NCBI GenBank assembly: GCA_017405765.1
Contig: JAFQZS010000005.1
Location: forward strand, 25,042-89,041
From: Clostridia bacterium
GTDB taxonomy: Bacteria > Bacillota > Clostridia > Oscillospirales > RGIG577
Reading direction: 5' to 3'
DNA: 64,000 nt
Shown: one piece after another, positions 29,211 through 39,376 of the stretch
How positions within the stretch are numbered: position 1 is the first letter of the stretch
Layout of the letters: each line of letters opens with the position of its first letter
Notes under the pieces: model-generated
Databases searched by the model: none
What the model was told of the DNA's origin: nothing
The model's input: only the letters and a program-made list of their open reading frames with translations
Translations under genes and position numbers: made by a program

Positions 29211-31259
29211 TTGCCGATGAAGAAAAAGCGCGCGCCAAGTCAGCGTAAAAGAAACACACATGCGCACGGCAGGAGCTCTCTTCGGGCGCAAAGCAGAAGA
29301 GCTTTGCCGTCCGCTAAATCAATATCGAAAACGGCAGCCGACGCCGGGGATAAAAGCTTTGTCGGCTCTTTTTCACGTACAGATAAAGGTTACGGCTTTG
29401 TGACTTCGTTTGCAGTCTCAGGCGGTGACCTTTTTGTTGCTCCGAAGAATACTCGGGGCGCGCTTTCGGGCGATACGGTACGCGCTCGCCTTGTAGCCGA
29501 TGCATCGGGAACAAGGCGAGCCGAATGCGAAATAATCGAGGTGATCTCACGCGCCGTAACGCGCGCGGCGGGAGTATACAAAAATCATAAAACGCACGGC
29601 TTTGTCAATCCGCTCGACGGTCGCCTGCCTGAAATATATATACCGCAAAAGCTCTCGCACGGCGCAAAGAGCGGACAGCTGGTCGCCGTAAGAATAAAAG
29701 ACTATGATTACAACGGAGGGCTTTTAGGTGAGATAGAAAAGAAGCTGGGGCGCTCAAACGACGAGCGCGCAGTTTATGACGCTATCCTCTACACATACGA
29801 TATTCCGACGGTGTTTTCACGTGAAGCGATGGCTTTTGCAGAGAGCCTGCCTTATGAGATCTCGCCTTTTGACATAGAAGGACGGCTGGATCTGCGCAGC
29901 GCGCGCATATTTACCATAGACGGAGAATATGCAAAGGATTTCGACGACGCCGTTTCAATAGAAAAAACGCCGCGCGGCAATTACTTGCTCGGCGTACACA
30001 TCGCGGACGTATCGCATTACGTGCGCCCGTTTTCCCCGATAGACAACGACGCGTTTGAACGCGGAACGTCTGTTTATTTTACTGACAAGGTGATACCCAT
30101 GCTTCCCGAACGCCTCTCAAGCGACATGTGTTCGCTCGTGCCGCACAAGGACAGGCTTACGCTTTCATGCATAATGGAAATAGACGGCGAGGGAGAAGTT
30201 ATAAAATATGAGATATGCGAATCCGTGATAAGAAGCGCCGAAAGGCTCATTTACGGCGATGTTTCAAAAATAATAGACGGCGAAGATGAAAAGGAACTTA
30301 AGGCGCGATACGCGCATATACTTCCCGATATCCTTTTAATGGACGAGCTTAGGCTTATATTGCAAAAGAGAAGGATACGCCGCGGCAGTCTCGATTTCGA
30401 CCTGCCGGAATCATATATAGAGCTTGACGAGGCGGGAGAGCCCGTGGATATCGGCCCGCGTGAGCGCGGTTCGGCAGATGATCTTATAGAGGAGTTCATG
30501 CTCTGCGCAAACGAGACTGTGGCGCGCCATATGCGAACGCGGGAGATACCGGCGCTTTACAGGACTCATGCGGCGCCGTCCCCCGAAAAGGCGGATGCGT
30601 TTATTGCGCTTGCCTCGCTTTTTTCGCTTCCTCTGCCGAAGAACAGAAAACTTACGGGAGAATATCTTAAAAGGATAATCGAAGCGGTAAAGGGCGAGCG
30701 CTTCGCGCAGATAATCCTCTCATCCATGCTTCGTTCGCTTATGAAGGCCGAATACGACACGGAGCCGAAAGGACATTTTGGCCTGGCGCTTGAGGATTAC
30801 TGTCATTTCACGTCGCCGATACGCCGTTATCCCGATCTGTGCGTACACCGTGCGCTCAAGGCGGATATTCGTTCTGTGGGCGGCGCACGTCCGCGCCGTA
30901 TGCGCTCCGTGAAGGATGCGGCGGCACAGTCTAACCTTACGGAAGTTCGTGCAGTCGAATGTACGCGCGCGATAGAAGACCTTTACAAGGCTGTATATAT
31001 GACAAAATTCATCGGAGATACGTTTTCCGCCATTATTTCGTCTGTAACGAACGCCGGATTTTTTGTTGAGCTTGAGAACACGGTGCGAGGGCTCGTCTCG
31101 ATGGAGGAGCTGAACGACGATTATTATATTTACGACGATAAAAAATTATGTCTTTTAGGCAAACATAAGGGCAAAAAATATCAAATCGGTGATATAATAG
31201 ATGTGGTACTTGTAAGAACGGACATTAAACTGGGTAGAATAGACTTTTCACTTGCATGA
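29211..31259 (+). CDS. rnr: Ribonuclease R
   Basis: Cold-shock-like domain KGYGFV, RNB core (TIDGEYAKDFDDAVS, HFGLALEDYCHFTSPIRRYPDL) and C-terminal S1 domain. TTG at 29211 is 5 nt after GGAGG; alternative ATG at 29217. Confidence 0.9.
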   Translation: MPMKKKRAPSQRKRNTHAHGRSSLRAQSRRALPSAKSISKTAADAGDKSFVGSFSRTDKGYGFVTSFAVSGGDLFVAPKNTRGALSGDTVRARLVADASGTRRAECEIIEVISRAVTRAAGVYKNHKTHGFVNPLDGRLPEIYIPQKLSHGAKSGQLVAVRIKDYDYNGGLLGEIEKKLGRSNDERAVYDAILYTYDIPTVFSREAMAFAESLPYEISPFDIEGRLDLRSARIFTIDGEYAKDFDDAVSIEKTPRGNYLLGVHIADVSHYVRPFSPIDNDAFERGTSVYFTDKVIPMLPERLSSDMCSLVPHKDRLTLSCIMEIDGEGEVIKYEICESVIRSAERLIYGDVSKIIDGEDEKELKARYAHILPDILLMDELRLILQKRRIRRGSLDFDLPESYIELDEAGEPVDIGPRERGSADDLIEEFMLCANETVARHMRTREIPALYRTHAAPSPEKADAFIALASLFSLPLPKNRKLTGEYLKRIIEAVKGERFAQIILSSMLRSLMKAEYDTEPKGHFGLALEDYCHFTSPIRRYPDLCVHRALKADIRSVGGARPRRMRSVKDAAAQSNLTEVRAVECTRAIEDLYKAVYMTKFIGDTFSAIISSVTNAGFFVELENTVRGLVSMEELNDDYYIYDDKKLCLLGKHKGKKYQIGDIIDVVLVRTDIKLGRIDFSLA

Positions 31260-31283
31260 AAAATATGTATGGGAGGAATTATT

Positions 31284-32660
31284 ATGGACAAGTATAGCGC
31301 TATAATCCTTGCCGGGGGAAAAGGCAGCCGCATGAAGTCGGAAAACTCAAAGGTGCTCTTTGAGCTTCTTTCAAAGCCTCTTATAGATTGGGTGATCGCA
31401 GCCCTGAAGGAAAGCGGGGCAGGCGAGTTTTGCACCGTTGTGGGACACAGGCGTGAGCTTGTAAAGGAGCACCTTCAGGAGCAGTGCGAATTTGCCGTGC
31501 AGGAGGAGCAGTTAGGAACGGGGCACGCCGTAATGATGGCGCGCGATTTTCTTAAAAAGCATAAAGACGAGTCTGTTGCGATCTTAAGCGGAGATGTGCC
31601 GCTCATTACGCCCGAGACTTTAAAAGGCGCTTTTGAGGCGCATAAATCGAGCGGCGCGGACGCTACGATAATCACATCGCGCCTTGCGGACCCGTTCGGA
31701 TACGGCCGCATTACCAGAGATGCGAGCGGCAAAGTGGAAAAGATCGTCGAGCAGCGCGACGCGACCGAGGAGCAGAAAAAGATAGACGAGGTAAATACGG
31801 GCACGTATTTCTTTAAGGCAGAAACGCTTCTTTCGGCGCTAGACAACTTAAAGACGGACAACGCTCAAAACGAGTATTATCTGACAGACGCGATAGCTTA
31901 CATAAACAATACGGGCGGCACGACCGACACGTTCGAGGTGGACGACATTACCGAGATGACGGGTATAAACGATCGCGCTCAGCTTTATGATGTAAGCGTT
32001 ATCGCAAAGGACAGGATACTTACCGCACTTATGAAAAGCGGCGTTACGATAATGGACAAGGCGTCAACATTCATAAGCCCCGACGCCGAGATAGCGCCGG
32101 ACACCGTTATACTGCCGTCTACGATAATAAAGGGACAGACAAAGATAGGCCGCGCATGCACCGTGGGGCCGAATGCCGTTTTGGAGAATGTGACACTTGG
32201 CGATAACGTTACCTTCAACGCTTCTCAAGCGTACGATTCCGTTATAGGCAACAACGTAAAGATCGGTCCGTTTTCGCATATACGTCCCGGCTGCGATATT
32301 GCGGATGACTGCAAGGTCGGCGCGTATGTTGAATTAAAGAAGGCCAAGTTCGGAAACGGCACAAAGGCGCCGCATCTTAGCTATATAGGCGACGCGGAGC
32401 TGGGCAGCGGAGTAAACTTCGCCTGCGGCTGCATTACGGTAAATTACGACGGCAAAAATAAGCATAAGACTATAATAAAGGATAAGGCGTTCATCGGCTG
32501 CAACGTAAACCTCGTTGCGCCCGTTACGGTCGAGGACGGCGCGTATATAGCTGCCGGTTCAACGATAACCGATACCGTTCCGCGCCGTGCGCTTGCGATA
32601 GCGCGCGCGCGTCAGAGCGTAAAGCCGGGATGGCGCGACAAGAGTAAGCTTGAAAAATAA
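31284..32660 (+). CDS. glmU: Bifunctional UDP-GlcNAc pyrophosphorylase / GlcN-1-P N-acetyltransferase
   Basis: AIILAGGKGSRM, LSGDVPL and a left-handed beta-helix hexapeptide region. ATG at 31284 has GGGAGGA upstream. Confidence 0.95.
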   Translation: MDKYSAIILAGGKGSRMKSENSKVLFELLSKPLIDWVIAALKESGAGEFCTVVGHRRELVKEHLQEQCEFAVQEEQLGTGHAVMMARDFLKKHKDESVAILSGDVPLITPETLKGAFEAHKSSGADATIITSRLADPFGYGRITRDASGKVEKIVEQRDATEEQKKIDEVNTGTYFFKAETLLSALDNLKTDNAQNEYYLTDAIAYINNTGGTTDTFEVDDITEMTGINDRAQLYDVSVIAKDRILTALMKSGVTIMDKASTFISPDAEIAPDTVILPSTIIKGQTKIGRACTVGPNAVLENVTLGDNVTFNASQAYDSVIGNNVKIGPFSHIRPGCDIADDCKVGAYVELKKAKFGNGTKAPHLSYIGDAELGSGVNFACGCITVNYDGKNKHKTIIKDKAFIGCNVNLVAPVTVEDGAYIAAGSTITDTVPRRALAIARARQSVKPGWRDKSKLEK

Positions 32661-32697
32661 TTAAATATATGCATTTGTTTACGGAGGATGAGAAAAA

Positions 32698-33672
32698 ATG
32701 GTAAGCAAAGGAAAAAACATAATGCTCTTTTCCGGCAACTCGAATATTGAGCTTGCAAAGGGAATAGCAAATGATCTGGGATTGTCTTTAGGTGCGGCGG
32801 ACGTTAAAAAATTCTCCGACGGCGAGGTTTCCGTAAGCCTTGGGGAATCTGTACGAGGACGCGACATTTTCGTTATACAGTCGCTTTCACAGCCGACAAA
32901 CGACAATGTAATGGAGCTCCTTATTATGCTGGACGCCTTAAAACGCGCCTCTGCGGGACGCATAACGGCTGTTATCCCGTATTTCGGATATGCGCGTCAA
33001 GACAGAAAGGCAAAGGAACGCGATCCCATTTCTGCAAAGCTGATGGCCGACATTATCACCGTTGCGGGCGCTAACAGCGTACTGACTATGGATCTTCATG
33101 CAGCTCAGATACAGGGATTTTTCAACATTCCCGTAGACAATCTTTTGGGCGTATCGGTGCTGGCGCCTTATTTTGCGGAAAAATTCGGCAAAAAGCCGGA
33201 AAACCTTGTGCTCGTTTCGCCCGATCACGGATCGGTCACGCGAGTAAGAAAATTCTCGAAATTCGTTGACGCGCCGCTGGCAATAATAGACAAGCGCCGT
33301 CCGGAGGCAAACAAGGTCGAAGTAATGAGCATAATAGGCGATGTGCGCGGCAAGGAAGTGCTGCTTATAGACGATATGATAGATACTGCCGGAACGCTTT
33401 GCAAGGGAGCGGAGGCGCTTATCGAGGTCGGCGGCGCAACTAAAGTATATGCCTGCGCTTCTCACGGCGTGCTTTCCGGTCCGGCAATGGAGCGCCTTGA
33501 AAAGAGCCCGATATCTGAACTTATACTGCTTGATACGATAAAAGCGCCCGAGAATGCCCCCGAAAAAATAAAATTCCTTTCCTCGGCCCATGTTTTTGCA
33601 GAGGCGATAAAGAGGATATATGAGGATGAATCTGTTTCTGAGCTTTCGAGCGTACAGGAGACCGAAAAATAA
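32698..33672 (+). CDS. prs: Ribose-phosphate pyrophosphokinase
   Basis: YFGYARQDRK, HAAQIQGFF and LIDDMIDTAGTL. Confidence 0.95.
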   Translation: MVSKGKNIMLFSGNSNIELAKGIANDLGLSLGAADVKKFSDGEVSVSLGESVRGRDIFVIQSLSQPTNDNVMELLIMLDALKRASAGRITAVIPYFGYARQDRKAKERDPISAKLMADIITVAGANSVLTMDLHAAQIQGFFNIPVDNLLGVSVLAPYFAEKFGKKPENLVLVSPDHGSVTRVRKFSKFVDAPLAIIDKRRPEANKVEVMSIIGDVRGKEVLLIDDMIDTAGTLCKGAEALIEVGGATKVYACASHGVLSGPAMERLEKSPISELILLDTIKAPENAPEKIKFLSSAHVFAEAIKRIYEDESVSELSSVQETEK

Positions 33673-33688
33673 TACATAAAAGCTTAAA

Positions 33689-33722
33689 GGGGCGGACGGG
33701 AAACCGTCCGCCCCGCGTTTTT
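33689..33722 (+). terminator. Intrinsic terminator after prs
   Basis: 11-bp stem GGGGCGGACGG-GAAA-CCGTCCGCCCC, then GCGTTTTT. Confidence 0.8.
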
Positions 33723-33834
33723 GGCGACCGTTGAAGCAGCGAAAGCCTTCTCCCCGAGGGAAGGCGCCCCAAAACCACTGTTCTAAAAACATACTGCGCC
33801 CGGGAGGGCGAGAAAATCACAGAGGATACACGAT

Positions 33835-34434
33835 ATGAAAATAATTGCAGGTCTGGGAAACCCGGGCCAAAAATACGCGTTTACGCGCCACAACGCCGGA
33901 TTTCTTTTTATGGATTACATATCACAGAAGTATAACATATCTATCGACAAACTGAAATTCAAGGCGCTTACTGGTCAGGGCATGATAGCAGGCGAAAAGG
34001 TAGTGCTGTTAAAGCCGCAGACGTTCATGAACTTATCGGGCGAAGCCGTATCTGCCGCGCTCGACTTCTACAAGCTTACGACAGACGACCTTATTGTCGT
34101 TTACGACGACATAACCATACCTACGGGACGTATGCGCATACGCCCGAAGGGCAGCGACGGCGGTCATAACGGTATAAAGTCGATAATATACTTAACGGGG
34201 AGCGATGAATTTGACCGTATAAAGCTGGGATGCGGAGCGCCGCACCATGAGGATTTTGATATGGTCGATTTTGTGCTGTCGTCATTTTCACAGGAAGAAC
34301 GTAAGATCCTGTTTGAAGTAATAGAAAATGCGGCCGACGCGCTTTCCCTTCTCGTGCGCGGAGAGAGGCGCGAGGCGCAGAACAAGTATAACGGGCTGGA
34401 CCTTTCACCTAAAAAGGAGGATAAAGAAGGTTAA
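33835..34434 (+). CDS. pth: Peptidyl-tRNA hydrolase
   Basis: MKIIAGLGNPG..Y..TRHNAGF and GSDGGHNGIKS. Confidence 0.95.
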   Translation: MKIIAGLGNPGQKYAFTRHNAGFLFMDYISQKYNISIDKLKFKALTGQGMIAGEKVVLLKPQTFMNLSGEAVSAALDFYKLTTDDLIVVYDDITIPTGRMRIRPKGSDGGHNGIKSIIYLTGSDEFDRIKLGCGAPHHEDFDMVDFVLSSFSQEERKILFEVIENAADALSLLVRGERREAQNKYNGLDLSPKKEDKEG

Positions 34435-34456
34435 GCCCTTCGTTTTGGAGAAAAAC

Positions 34457-37400
34457 ATGTCGCTTAAAAATATACTTGATAAAACAGGCGAATACAAAGA
34501 GGCGCTTTCCCTTATAAAAAAAGGGAGCGTAAGCGCCGTAGCCTTAAACGGATTGTCACAGGTGCATAAGGCGCATTTGTGCGCCTTTTTTTATAAGAAC
34601 ACGAAAAAAAATCTACTTGTGATCGTGCCTGACGCCATAGATGCGCGCGCATTGGCCGCCGATATTGAGGCCTTTTTGGGCGAGGAGCCGCTTATGTTTT
34701 TGTCGCGCTCACTCTTGTTTGAAGACGCGCTCTCTCGATCGTTCACAGACGAGTACGAGCGTATAAGCTCGCTTTCTGTGATGAACGAGGGAAAGAGCAT
34801 AGTTATTGCCGATGCGCCCGCGCTTATGCAGCGATTGCCCGCCCCCGCAGATTTTAAAAGGATGTGCCGCTCGTTTCATGTGGGGAATGAATATGATATC
34901 GACGAGATAGTAACATATCTTTTTGAGGCGGGCTACGAATATGCCGACGCAGTTGAGGGACGCGGCCAGTATTCGCGACGCGGATCGATAATAGATATTT
35001 TCCCGCCTGCGTTCGACTGTCCCGTAAGGCTTGACTTTTTTGATGAGACGCTTGATTCGCTCTCTACATTCGATCCGATAGGTCAAAGGCGAATCGACGA
35101 GATAAAAGAGGCGCACATAACGCCTGCGCGGGAGGTCTTTTTGCCAAAGCCTGCAAGAGACAAGCTCATAAAAAAACTTACGTCAATGTCTCATAAGGCC
35201 GATGCACAGGGCGATGAAAAGTTTTCCTCGCGCTTGTCTGACGAGGCGGAGCGTCTTAAATCGGCAATGCGCACCGTTGCGCTCGACAAGTATCTGCCTC
35301 TGTTTTCGGGCGCGTCGCTTTTCGATTATCTTGACGATGCGGTTGTTGCCGTATCGGAGTATAAGGCCGTAAAGGGCGTGTGTGAGCGTTATGAAACCGA
35401 GACGGCCGAGGATATAGCGCGCGCCGAGGAGGAGCACGCGATAGGTAAAAATACAAATAATATACTTTGCGGTTTTTATGATATTCATGCGCAAATGATA
35501 AAGCGGCCGATAATACATATGGAGTCGCTGGCGCACAATTCCTACGACCACAAGATAGGACGCGAGTTTGACGTTTCGGCATCTGTCATGCCCGCGTTTA
35601 AGTCGGAAGAGGGGCTTTCGGACGATATAAAATACTATAAGCGGCTGGGTTATGCCCAGATAATAACGGTCAAGGATGAGGCGCACGCCAGAGCGCTTAT
35701 CGACCGTCTTTATGAGTACGACGTAGCGGCCTCGTATGAGGAGTCTCCGAAGCCTGCACCGGGCAAGGCAGTAGTGACGTCCGGTACGCTTTCGACGGGA
35801 TTTATATATAAAGGCGCCTTTTTATGCGTATATGTGCAAAGCTCGGCCACGAAGCCGCGCCGCCGCACACGCGCGCCGCAGTCAAAAGATTACGATCCCA
35901 AGGCGCGCCTTCATTCGTTCACCGATCTTAGGGAAGGCGATTACGTAGTCCATCAGAATTACGGCATAGGTCAGTTTGTAGGCATTGAGCGCATGGAGGC
36001 GCACGGCGTACAAAAGGATTATCTGAAGATCGTATATGCCGGAAGCGAGGTACTCTACGTTCAGTGCGACAGGCTCGACATGATATCTAAATATATCGCG
36101 CCTTCGGGCAACGGGAAGGTGCGGCTCGGAAAGATGAGCACGGCGGAGTTTTCAAAGACGAAGGCGCGCGTTCGCGCCGCGCTTGAAACGCTGGCAGATG
36201 AGCTCATAAAGCTTTACCGCGCGCGGCAGACGGCTAAGGGGCATGCCTTTTCGCCCGATTCGGAATTGAGCCGCGACTTTGATATGAAATTCGAATATGA
36301 GGAAACGCGCGATCAGCTGAGGGCGATAGACGAGATAAAAGCCGATATGGAAAAGCCCGTGCCTATGGACAGACTTCTTTGCGGCGACGTGGGTTTCGGC
36401 AAGACAGAGGTGGCGCTTAGGGCCGTATTCAAGTGTGTGCTCGAGGGCAGGCAGGCGGCGATACTCGTGCCGACAACGATACTCGCAAGCCAGCATTATG
36501 CGACAGTTGTAAAGCGTTTTGACGGCTATCCCGTAAGCTGCGAGGTATTATCACGCTTTCGCACGGCGGCTCAGCTTAAAGAGTCAGTCGCGCGCATAGC
36601 CGACGGCCGTGCCGATATCGTTATTGGAACGCACAGGCTTTTGTCGCAGGATATTAAGTTTAAGGATCTCGGTCTTTTGGTAGTTGACGAGGAGCAGCGC
36701 TTTGGCGTTATGCATAAAGAGCGCTTAAAGGAGTTTGCGCTCGGCGTGGACGTGCTCACGCTTTCGGCAACGCCCATACCGCGCACTCTCAATATGGCGC
36801 TCTCGAACGTGCGCGACATGTCGGTCATCGAGACTCCGCCCCAAGACAGAATGCCCGTGACGACTTACGTTATCGAGGAGGACGACAGAGTTATTGCAGA
36901 CGCGATAAGGCGCGAGCTTTCGCGCGGCGGACAGGTATACTTCCTTCACAACCGCACCGAAGACATAGAGAGCGCCGCCGTGCGTATTGAGACGCTGGTG
37001 CCGGAAGCGCGCGTTGCCACGGCGCATGGACGCATGACGGAGCTTGCGCTTTCACGCATAATGAGCGACTTTATAGGCGGCGAGGCCGATGTGCTGGTCT
37101 GCACGACGATAATCGAAACGGGCATCGACATACCTAATGTAAACACACTGATCATAGAGAACGCCGACTATCTGGGGCTTGCCCAGCTTCATCAGATACG
37201 CGGGCGCGTGGGGCGTTCCTCGCGACGCGCCTACGCCTATTTTATGTATAAGCGCGGTAAAGTCGTATCCGAGGACGCGCAGAAGCGGCTTTCCGCGATA
37301 CGCGAGTTCACACAGTTCGGCGCGGGCTTTAAGCTTGCGATGCGCGACCTTGAGATAAGGGGCGCGGGCAATATGCTGGGCGTAAGCCAGCACGGCCATA

Positions 37401-37924
37401 TAGGCAATGTCGGCTACGATATGTACTTAAAGCTTTTGTCGGAGGTCATTGACGAAAAAAGCGGCAAAAAAACCGCCGTGAAGCCCGAATGCAGCGTGGA
37501 GCTTCAGACGGACGCATATATTCCGAAGGAATATATTAAGAATTCCGAGCAGCGAATAGACGTATATAAGCTTATTGCGGCGATAGACGGATTTGACGCC
37601 TCGTTCGACGTGTGCGACGAGCTTATAGACCGTTTCGGAGAGATACCGAAGCCCGTTTTAAGCCTTATAGATATCGCGCTTATACGCGCTCTTGGTGAAA
37701 AGTCGGGCATTACCGAAGTTTCGGAGCGCAGCGGCGTCATTATATTTACTGCGCCTGAATTTGATATGAACGCGGCAGGGCGGCTTTCCGATAAATTCGG
37801 ACGTAATTTTGTTTTAAGCTCCGCGAAGGACGGCGCTCTCTCATTTATGGTGCGTCCCGCGAAGGGGGCGGGCGTGTCCGACACAGCGCTTGAGGTAATG
37901 AAGACGGTAGCGGGAGAAGAATGA
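34457..37924 (+). CDS. mfd: Transcription-repair coupling factor
   Basis: CarD-like GDYVVHQNYGIG, helicase motifs GDVGFGKTEVA, VVDEEQRFG and QLHQIRGRVGRS, plus a TRG region. ATG at 34457 (MSLKNILDK) is preferred; the tracked 34328 start overlaps pth. Confidence 0.95.
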   Translation: MSLKNILDKTGEYKEALSLIKKGSVSAVALNGLSQVHKAHLCAFFYKNTKKNLLVIVPDAIDARALAADIEAFLGEEPLMFLSRSLLFEDALSRSFTDEYERISSLSVMNEGKSIVIADAPALMQRLPAPADFKRMCRSFHVGNEYDIDEIVTYLFEAGYEYADAVEGRGQYSRRGSIIDIFPPAFDCPVRLDFFDETLDSLSTFDPIGQRRIDEIKEAHITPAREVFLPKPARDKLIKKLTSMSHKADAQGDEKFSSRLSDEAERLKSAMRTVALDKYLPLFSGASLFDYLDDAVVAVSEYKAVKGVCERYETETAEDIARAEEEHAIGKNTNNILCGFYDIHAQMIKRPIIHMESLAHNSYDHKIGREFDVSASVMPAFKSEEGLSDDIKYYKRLGYAQIITVKDEAHARALIDRLYEYDVAASYEESPKPAPGKAVVTSGTLSTGFIYKGAFLCVYVQSSATKPRRRTRAPQSKDYDPKARLHSFTDLREGDYVVHQNYGIGQFVGIERMEAHGVQKDYLKIVYAGSEVLYVQCDRLDMISKYIAPSGNGKVRLGKMSTAEFSKTKARVRAALETLADELIKLYRARQTAKGHAFSPDSELSRDFDMKFEYEETRDQLRAIDEIKADMEKPVPMDRLLCGDVGFGKTEVALRAVFKCVLEGRQAAILVPTTILASQHYATVVKRFDGYPVSCEVLSRFRTAAQLKESVARIADGRADIVIGTHRLLSQDIKFKDLGLLVVDEEQRFGVMHKERLKEFALGVDVLTLSATPIPRTLNMALSNVRDMSVIETPPQDRMPVTTYVIEEDDRVIADAIRRELSRGGQVYFLHNRTEDIESAAVRIETLVPEARVATAHGRMTELALSRIMSDFIGGEADVLVCTTIIETGIDIPNVNTLIIENADYLGLAQLHQIRGRVGRSSRRAYAYFMYKRGKVVSEDAQKRLSAIREFTQFGAGFKLAMRDLEIRGAGNMLGVSQHGHIGNVGYDMYLKLLSEVIDEKSGKKTAVKPECSVELQTDAYIPKEYIKNSEQRIDVYKLIAAIDGFDASFDVCDELIDRFGEIPKPVLSLIDIALIRALGEKSGITEVSERSGVIIFTAPEFDMNAAGRLSDKFGRNFVLSSAKDGALSFMVRPAKGAGVSDTALEVMKTVAGEE

Positions 37925-37940
37925 GCGGCGGGTAAAAAAA

Positions 37941-37998
37941 TAAAAAGCCGTCCGGGGTCGCCTCCCTTGCGGGAAGCCTTGCCTCGACGGCTTTTTAT
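37941..37998. terminator. Bidirectional terminator between convergent mfd and serpin genes
   Basis: AAAAAGCCGTC...GACGGCTTTTT, with A-run and T-run flanks and an inner GC-rich structure. Confidence 0.65.
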
Positions 37999-38020
37999 AT
38001 ATAATGCCTTCGTTACGCTT

Positions 38021-39301
38021 TTACTTCGTCGGGTCGTTTATAATACCTACGAAGAGCGGAAGGTCGTCCGGGCTGCTTATAAGGAACATGAACGGCCTGT
38101 CTAAAACGAAGCCTGCATTAGGATCGGATGCGGACAGCTCGGCTTTTGCGGCCGCGCCGCCTTTCGTTCCGTTTTCATCGACAACTATGCGAAGGCTGCT
38201 TTTTATGTTCGTGATATATATACCGCCGTTTGAAGAAAGGGGCGAAAAATCGGCGGCTTCGGGGTCGAGCGCAAGCGTAACGCCGAGCTCCGGAAGCGAA
38301 CGCGCAAGGTCCGAGGTGTATGTCACGTCAAACTTCGGTACGCGAAGAACGAAGGTGCCTTTTTTCAGCTCATACGCCTGCTTTTGCACAGTGAGAAAGG
38401 CTTTAAGCTGATCGTCCGCAAGGAGCGATTCGGGCGTTATGCCCTCGTTTGGCAGGATGTACCAAATCGTACAGCCGTCCTTATAGCTTTGCGCAAGCGC
38501 GCGAAACTGCGAAAACTCGTAATATACATTTGTATACGTATCGTTGCACATAAAGTCGCAAGTTACGTCGCCCTCGGGCGTGTGGAAAACGGATTGCGAA
38601 GTGTTGCCGGAGTCAAACTTTAACAGCCATTCGTTCTCAAAGCGGAGCGTAGATATCAAGGCGGCGTACATATCGGCGTCAAACGCAGCGCCGTCCCCTC
38701 CGTTCTTTATAAGGCCGCCCGTCTGTTTGTTTATCCAGCTTGCAAGCGCCTTTTGATATGCGCCGCTCTCCGCCTTGCCTATAAACGACGAGGCATGATA
38801 TGTTTTCGCAAGACTTTCAAGAGGATTCTCATTAAAGTTTACGCGCTTGTCAAGCCAGATCGAGGCCGAGGGTATACATTTTGTGTCCGATCCATCTTTA
38901 TAAAGGGATCTAAAGAGGCGGTCCGCGCGTGTGCGCGAGGTATCAATGTCGGCGGAGTCGAGAAGCGAAAGCGCCTGAGAGCGCGTTTCCCCGTCTGTCA
39001 GCTCTGCGATCATACAAAGCTCCGTATAGGAGGCCACGGGCGAGCATAGGCGGTTTTTGTTGTCAAGGCCCCAGATGAGAGACGGCACGCTGCGGCTTAC
39101 GAAAGCGTCCATGAAATGAGCGTCTGTGGTCTCTGAAACTATTGCGGATTCTTTGGGATGTTCGGCTTCGAATATGGTGTAGGCGGAAAACGATCCGCCC
39201 GATGAAGCTGATATGGCGGCTATAACAGCGACAACGATAAGCGCGAATACCACAATGGCTATAACCGGTCCACGGCTTCGACGTCTGCGTTTCTTTTTCA
39301 T
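38021..39301 (-). CDS. Serpin-family serine protease inhibitor with N-terminal membrane anchor/signal
   Basis: 426 aa. N-terminus is MKKKRRRRSRGPVIAIVVFALIVVAVIAAISA. Serpin hinge and reactive-centre loop VDENGTKGGAAAKAELSAS-DPNAG are followed by FVLDRPFMFLI...FVGIINDP. SD AAGGGG upstream. Confidence 0.8.
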   Translation of the reverse strand: MKKKRRRRSRGPVIAIVVFALIVVAVIAAISASSGGSFSAYTIFEAEHPKESAIVSETTDAHFMDAFVSRSVPSLIWGLDNKNRLCSPVASYTELCMIAELTDGETRSQALSLLDSADIDTSRTRADRLFRSLYKDGSDTKCIPSASIWLDKRVNFNENPLESLAKTYHASSFIGKAESGAYQKALASWINKQTGGLIKNGGDGAAFDADMYAALISTLRFENEWLLKFDSGNTSQSVFHTPEGDVTCDFMCNDTYTNVYYEFSQFRALAQSYKDGCTIWYILPNEGITPESLLADDQLKAFLTVQKQAYELKKGTFVLRVPKFDVTYTSDLARSLPELGVTLALDPEAADFSPLSSNGGIYITNIKSSLRIVVDENGTKGGAAAKAELSASDPNAGFVLDRPFMFLISSPDDLPLFVGIINDPTK

Positions 39302-39376
39302 AAAAACAGCCCCTTTGTTTGATTCTTTTTTTGCGGCGCGAGCCGCTGATTATTTACATATAAAAAGTGACGATCA

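Noticed and set aside
32938-33792. 284-aa minus-strand ORF antisense to prs
   Set aside because: It overlaps an unambiguous prs gene, runs through the prs terminator and has an Arg/Phe/Tyr-rich nonsense composition. It is a typical shadow ORF.
39326-39346. T-run plus GC hairpin between dnaI and the serpin gene as a terminator
   Set aside because: The U-run precedes the hairpin on the plus strand, and an A-run follows it on the minus strand. It is therefore not a canonical intrinsic terminator in either orientation.
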